In this document: piece after piece, positions 40,139 through 51,300 of the stretch | Numbering within the stretch: position 1 is the first letter of the stretch | How the letters are laid out: each line of letters begins with the position of its first letter | Assembly (NCBI RefSeq): GCF_036321535.1 | Contig: NC_087437.1 | Location: 25,980,001 to 26,044,000, forward strand | DNA: 64,000 nt | Origin: Camelus dromedarius | Lineage: Eukaryota | Reading direction: 5' to 3' | The notes under the pieces: generated by a model | What the model saw: only the letters and a program-made list of their open reading frames with translations | Told to the model about the DNA's origin: nothing | Database searches by the model: none | Program-made: the position numbers and the translations under genes

Positions 40139-40787
40139 TTGTGGATGAGAATAGAAAAAGAAATAGACAGGAAGTGTATATGGTCTATATTCAAAGTCTA
40201 GTCAAATGACTGATCTGCATACAGGATTTCCCCTACAAGGCGATTTGTATAGTCCCAGAAAATCTGATCAATTGACTTCCCCACTTAAGAACATTTTATA
40301 TAAAGGCATGAATCCCAGTGAACGGATTTACCCCAGAATTAAGATGCTGGGAGAAATCTCTACGACTGTTTTCATGTAAAGCTCTTACTATAGGGACCCC
40401 CTACATCTTAATTCTGTAAAATGAAACTATATAATCACAGATATTTGTAATGCTTTTCATAGGATGCTTTGTAAAAAGTAAGTTAAACACAATGTTTTCA
40501 ATTCTAGAAAGTCTGTATTTTCAGGGTTTATGAAGAAATCAAATATGTATATTTTTGGATAAAATATAAAAGTTATATTTATTGTAAGAATAATGAGGCT
40601 ATATGACTTTCATTGTATAGATGAATATAAATAGCCATATTTTAAAATAAAATATACATTCAATTACATATTAGTATTGGGGGATTTGTAAGGTTTTATT
40701 ATATATGAATTACAAATGCAGAAAAGAACTTGGATATTAGGTTACTTGTGAGGGAGGAACAAGGGAAATTCACTCATTAAGCATTTA

Positions 40788-40921
40788 GGGGGAGGGCATA
40801 GCTCAAGTGATAGAGCGCATGCTCAATACCCAAGAGGTCCTGGGTTCAATCCCCAGTACCTCCTCCAAGCAGAAATCAATGAATAAACCAAATTGCCTCC
40901 CCCTCATAAAACATACAATAC
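40788..40921 (+). mobile_element. tRNA-derived SINE (Vic-1-like)
   Basis: A and B boxes; TSD aagcattta at 40779-40787 and 40922-40930. Confidence 0.85.
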
Positions 40922-41933
40922 AAGCATTTATTGAGTACCTATCACATGTCAGAGAGGCGCTGCAATTGTTACCAAAAAGTTAGTAAAATCTTATGCATGG
41001 TTTCAAGTTACTTATAGTCTAGTGGGAGAAACAGGCCAGTAAAAATAATTGCATGGCTAAGTGTTCTGACAGAAACACTCACAAGGAACTACGGTAACCC
41101 ACAGGAATTTCAATTAACTTTAGTTAGGGAATATTGTTTGAAGAGAAGGAAGGGATCCCTGGTCTGAGTTTTTATTAAAAAGTCTCCCCTTTTTGCATAT
41201 AAAATGGTGAGGAAAGGCCCTTCCAGACAGAGAGAAGAAAGACACAATCAAAGAAATGTGAATTAGCCATCCTTACTCCGGGACTGACAAGCTAACTCTG
41301 CAGTTTAAGACCAGAATGGCCGGTGTAGGGTGGCCAGGGGCGGGCTGTGCGTCTGGAGGGGTCAGCAGGGTCCGATGTATTGCCTCCCGAGCCAACAAAT
41401 TGTGGGATGATTCTAGGGTGGGAAGCACTGTGATCAGGTTTGAAATGGAGGGGTGTGGCGCTATATGAAGCAGGATGAAAATGGGGACGAGACTTAGGAG
41501 GTCCCAGGAATTCAGAAAGAGATGCTGCGGCCTAAAGGCAGCGCTATCGGAGAGTTGTTCCCCAGTGTTGGAGTTCACTAATGTTGGAGGTGAGAGAAAA
41601 GGAGTTGCTGATGGAGTTCTAGGCTCGGTATGTCATTAACTAAGAGAGAACAGAGGGAAAGGGGCTGACGTAGAGAAGGGTGGGACGGGCGGTGGCTGTC
41701 CAGGGGGAGATGAAGAATCAAAACAGTCAAGTGGAATTGGTGTCTGTGGAATCTGCCAGGGTGGGTGTTCACTGGGCAGAGGAAGACATAGGTCTGGATG
41801 AGGAGAGAGTAGAACCAGGAGACTTCAGCACACAGAAGGCGAAGCTGCCCGTTGTCGCCTTGCCTGTCCCCCGAAGTCCTGTCTCAGGCAACCTCTCTCC
41901 AAGGCACACCTGGACACAGGTCCCATGACTCAC

Positions 41934-42145
41934 CTGTTCGCCATCCTCTCCTAGACTTCCGTTCCTGCCCACGAGGTGAGGCCCCACAAGGCCTCTCTTG
42001 GTGTCGCCCCCACGATTTATGGAGGAATAGAAGAACCGGGTCAGGCAGTCAGGATCCGTGGAGGTGGGACCTACATCTCTTGGAACTTCCCACGTGTAGA
42101 TGAATGTTGTGCCAGGATTTACACGTGAGGAGGGTGAAGGGGTAC
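41934..42145 (-). pseudogene. CP exon 9 homolog (intact frame)
   Basis: ccctag|GT...CAG|gtgagt, 212 nt. TPSPSSRVNPGTTFIYTWEVPRDVGPTSTDPDCLTRFFYSSINRGGDTKRGLVGPHLVGRNGSLGEDGEQ. The conserved Cys of GPxxIC is replaced by Gly. Confidence 0.93.
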
Positions 42146-42425
42146 CTAGGGAGAGCTAAGCATTTGTAAAAGAGGACCCAGGACCAGAAGTACCCGAGTC
42201 TAGACTGTGAGATCTCTGAGAGCAGGGACTGTGTCTTCTTCATCTTACCGCCCTTTGGGTGACAGTGGACAGGGGCTGGAGGACTCACTCTGCCACAGTA
42301 AGTACACAGAGCTGTTCCAATGTGAAAAGCAGGCTGCGCGGTGACTTTAGGAGGAGTTTTACTTTCCTGCGGACTTTAAGTTGCAGGATGGCTTGCCTGG
42401 GCCTGCCGTGAGTCCGAGGACTTAC

Positions 42426-42566
42426 TGTCTCCCCGTGTTTTGTAGAAGGAGCCCTCAGCGCTCTGGTTGTAATGCAGTCCGTGGGGCTGAATGCTGAGCG
42501 GCTGGGAAGCGTTGTTGTAGAAAGTGACCTGGAGGGTCCGTCCCACCTCTGCCTTAATGACGGGGC
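42426..42566 (-). pseudogene. CP exon 8 homolog (intact frame)
   Basis: ttccag|GC...GAC A|gtaagt, 141 nt, phase 1-1. (G)PVIKAEVGRTLQVTFYNNASQPLSIQPHGLHYNQSAEGSFYKTRGD vs CP [42 protein letters not shown]. Confidence 0.93.
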
Positions 42567-42710
42567 CTGGAAACCAACAGTCAGGAACTGCCCTTGGTTT
42601 TCATACAAGTCGTCATCAGACTTGTGTTACCTGCCTAAGTCTCTTCTAGGAACAAGTTAAAGGGATGTTGCCATGAACCAGAAACATGTCCAGCCTCAAG
42701 AGGTCTAGGT

Positions 42711-42910
42711 NNNNNNNNNNNNNNNNNNNNNNNNNNNNNNNNNNNNNNNNNNNNNNNNNNNNNNNNNNNNNNNNNNNNNNNNNNNNNNNNNNNNNNNNNN
42801 NNNNNNNNNNNNNNNNNNNNNNNNNNNNNNNNNNNNNNNNNNNNNNNNNNNNNNNNNNNNNNNNNNNNNNNNNNNNNNNNNNNNNNNNNNNNNNNNNNNN
42901 NNNNNNNNNN
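42711..42910. other. Assembly gap (exactly 200 N)
   Basis: A run of 200 N. The round size suggests a placeholder of unknown true length. Confidence 0.99.
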
Positions 42911-44871
42911 CAGTGTATAAAGCTTGATTGGATCCTGACATGGAAAATAAAACTGTGAGAAACACCTTGGAGACAACTGGAAAAACAACAATATAGATAG
43001 TGTTAGATGATATTAGAAAGTTGTTTTAAATTTATTTTGGGTGTAGTAGTGGTGTTGTTATGAAGGCGATTGTTCTAATTGTTAGGAGAGAGATACACCT
43101 GAAACTTACTGAGCAAATGGTTTGGCAAAAGAAGAAGGAGGACGAGGAAGAGGAAGAGAAGAATGGACATATGTTAAATAGACAAATGAAGTAAATGTAA
43201 CAAAATGTTAACAATTGTTGAACTGACTGTGGATGTTCATTACACTAGTTTTTCAACTTTCCTGAATTTTTGAAAATTTTCATAAAAAATAGTCGAAGGA
43301 AAAAAAAGTACCTTGGTAGCCAGTTGCATAATGCCAACACTATCCAAAATTCAGAGAGTGCTTGCGTCTTGGGAATACAAAGTAGAAAATAAATGCTCCA
43401 CAGCATTGGACTGCACGGAAGCCCTGAGTCAGGTCACAGTGGATGTGGTTAGGAGGGTATGTGATAAAGCTCAGAGCTCAAAGATGTATGTCAGATTGAG
43501 GAGTCTGGGCTTTATCCTGAGGAAGTCAGAGCCACTAAGAGTGGAAGGAATTTTAGAGGCTCATTCTGGTTTCAGTTCGAAGGACGGATCAGAGTTAGGA
43601 AGGTATGGAACTAAGAGTTCATTCCAGAGACAACTGCAGTAATTCCATCAGAAATAAAGAAGGCCAAAGGCTGGAGAGGATGCAGAGCAACAGAAAATCT
43701 CATTCATTGCTGGTGGAAATGCAAAATGGTGCAGCCACTCTTGAAAATAATTTGGCAGTGTCTTACAATATTAAATATACGCATACCATACAACTCAACA
43801 ATCCCACATGGATATTTACTCAAGAAAACTGAAAATGTAAGGGCTCACAAAGACCTGTATAGGAATGTTTAGAGCAGCTTTTTCATAATCACCAGAATTT
43901 GGAAGCATCAACTGGTAAATAGATAAATAAGCTGGACATTCACAAATGGAATGCAATAAAAATGGGGTGAACCACTGATAGATACTACAGCAACATGGAT
44001 GAATCTCAAAAGAGTTAAGTGGAAGAAGCCAGGCTACACACTGTATGATTCCATTGATACGACATTCTGAAAAACACAAAGCTGTTGGTATAGAAATAAG
44101 ATCGGTAGTTAGCAGGGGCCAGGGTCAGGGGAAGAGTTGACTACAAAGGGGCACATAGAACTTTCTGGGGTGATGTAAATACTTTAGGTAGCATTTCTAT
44201 TGAGGTGAAGTTTGCATGGTTATACATGTTCATCAAAACTGTATACCTAGAAAGTGTGAATTTCACTATGTAGAAATTATATTTCAATACACCTCACTTT
44301 AAAAAAGCAAAAGAAAATGAATAATAGGACTTGAGAACTGACTGGATAGAGAACAGGGGAAGGAAAAGCAAAATATTGTTCAATGGTCAAGAAAACAGAC
44401 ATACTAATAAAAGAAGTGGTACCCGATACAGCCAGTTAACTGCTGCAAGAATGTGAGGCCGAATCCAGTTATGTCGAGGAGTAATTCAGAATGTATGAAA
44501 ACATTTTCCATTTTTATGTTATTACTTTAGTGGCCATTTTGGCACAAGTATGAGGAAGATGTTGCTAACTTTAAAAAGCATACAATGGATTCTCAAGAAG
44601 AAATGTATGTTCTGGGAACACAGAAAATTTCTGTGTGTGAATATATGCATGCCTATGCATGTCTCAAAGCATCTGATGCTACTCTGCCTTGGATATGTTT
44701 TCCCACTGGTTTTACATGTTCTTTAAACTGTCAAAATGTATGCAAAATGCTTTCTTAGTTCTAACTAATAAAAATACTAAATATTAATTTTTTTAATGGA
44801 GAATGCCTATAATATGGTGGCAGAAGTGGGCATGGAGATAGTTTGGAGAGAATTTAAGAAGGCAGAGTCTT

Positions 44872-44967
44872 GGGGGTGAGGATGGCTCAGTGGTAGAGCA
44901 CATGCTTAGTATATACGAGGTCCTAGGTTCCATCCCCAGTACCACCATTAAAAGAAAAATTTAAATA
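44872..44967 (+). mobile_element. tRNA-derived SINE (Vic-1-like)
   Basis: TGGCTCAGTGG...GGTTCCATCCCC; TSD aagaagg(c/t)agagtctt at 44856-44871 and 44968-44983. Confidence 0.85.
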
Positions 44968-45616
44968 AAGAAGGTAGAGTCTTTTCCAGGAAGTGATCTT
45001 TCAGATAAGATATGCTTGCACATGGGCATATGAACCTATCAAGTAAGAATACTGCTGCACTATTTATAGAGAGAAAAGACTGGAAGTAATCTTACTCCCT
45101 ATTAATAGGAAACTGGTTAAATAAATTATGGCATAGTTATGTAATGGAATAATATGCAACCATTAAAAATGAGATAAATCTATACATGCTGATATGCAAT
45201 GATGGCTGAGTTAGAAAAACACTGGACATAATATTACTATTTATATAATATACAGTATATATAATTATATATGTACACACATTATATAGGCATAGAGTAT
45301 CTCAGAAGCCTATGACAAAGAGCTGTCAGGATCCATTCAGGAGGCAGAAATTACACAATAATTTGAATTGGGAAGATTTAATATGGAGAATGATTCATTC
45401 TCTACTAAGTGGGAATAAGAGAATTCTGAAGACTACCCCAGGGCTGCTGACACTGGGTTGACTTGGCTGGTTTGAGAAACAGCAGGGCTGACTGTAGGGC
45501 TGTAAGAATCTGAGGCTCCACTCTTGAAAAGTGTGGAGGCAGCAGACTGAAAACTGCCCGGTGCTTTGGCTTGACTTGCCTGGATTGTCCCAGCAATACT
45601 TCTGTGGATTTGTCAC

Positions 45617-46730
45617 CTCAGGCTAGGGGAACAAAAGCAAAAATAAACAAATGAGACCTCATTAAATTTAAAAGCTTTTGCACAGTGAAGGAAACTACCA
45701 ACAAAATGAAAAGACAACCTACTGAATGAGAGAAAATATTAGCAAATGGTATGTCTGTAAGGGGTTAATATCCAGATATATAAGCAGCTCATACAACTCA
45801 GTATCAAAAAATCAAATAACTTGATTAAAAAATGGGCAGAAGACCTGAGTAGACATTTTTCCAGAGAAGACATACAGATGGCCAACAGGCACATGAAAAG
45901 ATGTTAAACATAACTAATTATCTGAGAAGTGCAAATCAAAACCACAATGAGATATCTGGCATAATGGCTATCATAAAGAAGACCACACACAAATAACAAA
46001 TGTTGGTGGGGATGTGGAGAAAGGGGAACTCAGCTCACTGTTGGTGGGAATGTAAATTGGTGTAGCCACCATGGAAAACAGTATAGAAGTTCCTCAAAAA
46101 ATTAAAAATAGAACTATCATTTGATCCAGCAATTCCATTCCTGGGTATATATCTGAAGAAAACAAAAACACTTATTTGAAAAGATGTATGCACCTCAATG
46201 TTCATAGGAGCATTATATACAATAGCCAAGGTAAGAAAGCAACCTAAATGTCCATCAAAAGACGGATGGATAAAGAAGATGTGGTATATACACAATGGAG
46301 TATTACTCAACTTTTAAAAAAAAAAAAGAAATTTTATTATTTGCAGCAACTTGGATAGACCTGAAGGGTATTATGCTTAGTGAAGTAAGTCAGAGAAAGG
46401 CAAATACCGTATGTTTTCACTTATGTGGAATCTAAAAAATAAAGCAAATGAATGAATATAACGAATCAGAAACAGACATAGGTATAGAGAACAAACTAGT
46501 GGTTACCAGTGAGAGAGGGGCAAGACAGGGGACGGGGATTAAGAAGTACAAATTACTACATGCAAAATAAACAAGATACAAGGATGTAATGTACAGCACA
46601 GGGGATATACCAATATTTTATAATAACTTTAAATGGAGTCTAATCTAGCAAAACGTGAATTTTTGTACACCTGAAACTAACATAACATTGTATATCAACT
46701 ACAATAAAAAATAATGATAATAATAAAAAA
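45617..46730 (+). mobile_element. L1 fragment (ORF2 C-terminal region and 3' UTR)
   Basis: aaatgggcagaagacctgagtagacattttt, ctgttggtgggaatgtaaattggtg and gatccagcaattcca, ending in an A-rich tail. Confidence 0.9.
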
Positions 46731-48280
46731 GAATGCACTAGGGCTGAGAAAGGGTATCCGAGAAAGGAATGAACTGGGGTGAGTGAGCTGCTCAAAGCTG
46801 GACATAGACTTCCTTGGAGAGGGAAAGCCCCTCTGATGGTGTAGTATTTTGCTGGGTGGCCTCAGATCAGAGCTGGCCCGCAATTGACAACTAGGAGTCG
46901 CAAGCCAGCACTAAGAAGCTGGAAATTCCTATACTGAAGAATCGGTAGGCTGAGGCTGGTGGGAAGGAAATCACTTGCTGGGGTGTGCTGATGAATTCAA
47001 CAGGAAACTGCCTGGAGCAGAGTACTGTTGAACTTGATGATGCTGGCTGGGCCATGACTGGACTCACTGGAAAGTTGGCAGGAAGCTGCATCACACAAGT
47101 GTCGCTGAGCTGGTCCTGGGAAAACCAGCTGGGGCACCCACGGAACTTGCTGGGGCGAGCTCCGTCATTGGGTCTCCCACATATCAGCCCAGGACAAGAA
47201 CAGAAAGCCCGCTAGAACCGGAAAGAGAAGCCCATTTCTCCTCCGGAGTCCCTCCAGCGTCCTCTACTGGCAAAGCTTAACATTGATCGTGTCAGCCAGC
47301 AAAGGAAAAATGTTTCATTTTCATAAGCAGAGAAATGAAGGGGGTGGGGAGATTTGGAGCTGCAAGACATTACATTCATAAACGCCATGGCTGGCAACAA
47401 TTGTGTCTGGGGAGAAAAATTGATTGATCAGGCTCAGATGTGAAAGAGAAATTGACTTTTCACTGTACATCTTTGTACCCTTTGATTTAAGGGAGAGGCT
47501 TTGAAAAAAATTGTAATGCATTATACTGAGTTTCATACTGTAAAGTAATAATGCTGTTGATGATAACAGTATGCCAGTCATTATTCCAAGTGCTTTGACT
47601 GTATCAAATCACCTAATCTTTCCCCAACCTGTTACTCTTATTAGACCTAACATTTTATATAAGAAGACACTGAGGCACAGAGAGACAGTAATTTGGCCAA
47701 GATTAGCTGGTGAGTGGTTGAGCCATACCTGATCCTCTGGATGCAGAATCTGTGCTCTTAACCGCCAATTCCCACATCTATAGAGGTTTCCTTCGACATA
47801 AAACATAATGAACGATGTTGTAGTATTTCTGGTGTTCAGCATAATGAATTCAGATAAAAACTAAACAAAACCAAATAGACAAACAAACAAACAAAAAACC
47901 CAACAATGAACGAGGTGCTAGTCCTTAATGGTGCTCATCAGATATTTCCCAGTCTCTGACTCCCCTTAGGGGTGGGTTGGGTCTTGTGGTTAATGAGTTG
48001 TGTGTGTCATTTCCAGTCAAGCTTTGCATTATTTTGTGAGAGACCCTCCTTAACTCTCCTTCTTCTCTTGCACAGACTCTGTGTTGATTGTGATGATTAG
48101 AAGGCAAGAGCAAGAAATAAACCTTTGATTTTCTAAGCCCTTGATAATTTGATGCTGCTTCTTACCAAAGCAAAATCTAGCTTACTTTTACTGATATAAA
48201 TCATGTGTTTCTGATTAGAGTTAAATAGTAAAACATGTGTTTTATAAAATACTAGATGTAAGATGTATTACTTATTCTAA

Positions 48281-48365
48281 TTTTTTTAAATGGAGGTACT
48301 GGGGATTGAACCCAGGACCTCATGCATTCTAAGCAAGCCCTCTACCATTTGAGCTATATCCTCCC
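48281..48365 (-). mobile_element. tRNA-derived SINE (Vic-1-like)
   Basis: Reverse complement GGGAGGATATAGCTCAAATGGTAGAG...GGTCCTGGGTTCAATCCCCAGTACCTCCA followed by an A tail. Confidence 0.82.
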
Positions 48366-51300
48366 TAAAATTTTTTATCTTGGAAATTTTTGAACTTAAA
48401 AAAATGGAAAAAATTAGAATTGTACAATGATCAGTGTTTATCCTTCAACTAGATTCATCAGTTGCTCATATTTTGCTCCCTTTGCTTTATTTCTCATAAG
48501 TTTTTTTCTCTCAATCATTTAAAAGAAAGTTGCAGATGTCATAAAACTTACTGGAAAAACTTCCATGAGCATCTTCTAAGACCTTCTACATGACTACCCT
48601 GAAAATCTTAGTTCTTAACAGCATTACCATATTTACTTTTCTGCTTTATTCTACAATATACATAAAATAGCTTTCAAATTACAATTCTAATATTACCACC
48701 AATCATAAATCTATGAGGTAGAGTTCAGATTTTTTGCAGTCCTTTTTTCCTGTGGAATAAAAGGACACCAAGGATTGTAATCGGGGTACTGTGTTTAGTA
48801 CAGAACGGAGTAATTCAAGTAACTTTGAACACAGTTCTTTACATCCTTAAAGTAACATATTCTAATGACTAAAGAGGCTGCAAAAAAATCTTGATAATAC
48901 TTTGGTACAGAGATTCATTTGCTTCTGTTTATAGTCGATTTTAGGGTTTGCTTTTTAAAACTTTTTATTACATTTTTAATGGATCACTTCTATTTGGTTC
49001 CAAAGTCAGAGCAATATAAAAAGCTGTACTCAGGAGTGACAGTCTCGTCCTTTCCCCTGCTCTCTTCCCACCAGCTCCATAAGCAGACGTTTTCATTAGT
49101 CTCTGCTTTATTCTTCCTGTGTTCCATTTTTTTTTTTTGCAAAAACAGGCAAATACATATTCTTATGTTCCTTTTTTTTTTTTTTACATGGCAGTATACT
49201 ATATGCACCTCATTATTTTTTTCACTTAATAATATATCCTGGACATCACTCCATATCAGTTTGTAGAAGTCTTTCAGGTTTTTTTCGTTATGACTACATG
49301 AAACTCCGTCATGTTGCTGTACCACGGTTTGATTTATTAGTGGCTGCTTGGATTTTTCCCAGCATCTTACTGTTATTATAAATAATACTGTAACGAAGAA
49401 GATTGCCCAAGTATGCTTTCATGTTTGCGGAGGTACCTTCACAGTAGTTTCCTAGAAGTGCTTTTCTTGGGTGCATACGTAATTACTGGTGTTAGATATT
49501 GCCCAATTCCCTTCACCAGGGGTTGTATCATTTTGCAATATTACTGGCACTGTCTGACTCTGCTTGTTTCTCCACAGCCTTGCCAACAGAGTGTGTTGCC
49601 AAGCTTTTAAATTATTGTCAATCTTGTAGGTAAGAAATGATATCTCTGTATAGTTTCAATTTGCATTTATCTTATGATGAGTAAATTTCAACATCTTTTT
49701 ACATACTTAAGAGTCATCTGTGGTACACCTGAAACTAACACAATATTGTAAACCAGTTATCTTTCAAAAAAAAAAAAAGAGGCATCTATGTAACTCTTTC
49801 TGTGAATTGTTGGTTTATATTTTAGTCGATTTTTCTATCAGGTTTTGGATTTTATTCCTTTTGATTTTTAGGCACTCTTTATATATTAAAGAGATTAGTC
49901 CTTTGTCTGCAATGTAAGTTGCAAATATTTTCCACTGATTTGTCATTTGCCTTTTTGATTTTGCTTATGATGCAAAAAAAAAAATCTTTATTTTTATGTA
50001 GTCAAATTTATCCAAGATTTTCTATTGCTGCTTTGGGATCTTGTTTGATAGCTTTGAGACATTCTTTCCAAACCATTCTGTTTTCTTTGAGTACTTATGC
50101 CTTACCTTTTTTACATTTACATTACTGATCCATTTGGAATTTATTCTGGTCTCTGGTATGAGATAGGGATCTAATTTTATCATTTTCAAAATGACTACCC
50201 AGTTGTCCTACACTATTTTTGAAAAAGTTAATATTTTCCCTTATGACTATCTTAATCATTTACTAAGTTGCCATATATACTTGGGTTTATTTTGGAAAGT
50301 GTAGTCCGTTCCATTGGTCTGCATGTGTCTATTCACGCTATATATTTTTTGTTGAAGTATAACTGATTTTCAATATGAATAGATAGAAAACAAATGGTTA
50401 CCAAAGGGGAGAGGGAAGGAGGGAGGGACAAATTAGGGCTATAGGATTAACAAGTAAAAGCTAGTCAAGCTATATTTTTAAAAATCATATGCAGGTGTTA
50501 TGCCACATTCCTCTTGAAAAATATATATTTTTAAATGCAGTGGCCATGGGACTTGGTGACTAAGTGAATGTGGAAGTTGAAATAGAGGAAAGTGTCCAGC
50601 TAACTCCCAGGCCTCTTTCCTATTTGCCCTGGGTAGAGAGTAAAACTGTTTGCCATTGGGTGCCAGGGAGAGGGTACAAGGAGAGAGTTGCGATCCAGAG
50701 AGTTAGAGAAATATGGTGAATTTAATCTGGTCTAAACCCACAACTCTGTATTAAATGGATGAACTTGATGTGAATGTGACAAAACTATATCAATGACCTA
50801 ATTGGTCTACAAAATTTTGACCCGTTATCATTATTTCAATAAAACTCAGTTTATAGAACAGTTCTGCTCAGCATTACACTTTGCCAGTATTATCTGATTT
50901 ACACCTCCCTTGGGGTTGGCATTCTCACCAATTAACAGGCAGGGCACTTGGGGCTTAGTGACATGCCCATGATGACACAGCTGCTAAGGGGTAGGATTGA
51001 GATTCAAACCCACTTAGCAGAGCAGCACTGCCTCCTATGTGAATGACTGATTTCACTGGCTGGTTCTAGGTTTGGCTGTTGGTGTCTGTCTATGCCTCTC
51101 AAAACCAGCGGTGGCAGCTGAGACTAGCTCAGAGCTCCCTCCTCTCTGCTCTTACAGAGTCCTGTGATTTTCTCTAGCCAGGCAGGCTCCTGGCAGGAGA
51201 GGCTGTGTTCTGTTCTATGCCAGTCAACTGTGCATGCCCAGAGCAATGCTGGTTGCATAGGGAATCACACACTCCCTATCATTTGACTGTATGACACTCT

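Larger units (their letters stand above)
21725..42566 (-). pseudogene. CPHL1: Unprocessed ceruloplasmin/hephaestin-like multicopper oxidase pseudogene, exons homologous to CP exons 8-18
   Basis: 11 exons traced by hand in CP order with matching intron phases, carrying multiple stops, frameshifts and splice-site lesions. The symbol is assigned from position (immediately upstream of CP, same strand, as for human CPHL1P), not from an alignment. Confidence 0.9.

Noticed and set aside
42635..42991. ORFs spanning poly-X
   Set aside because: Artefacts of translating through the N gap.
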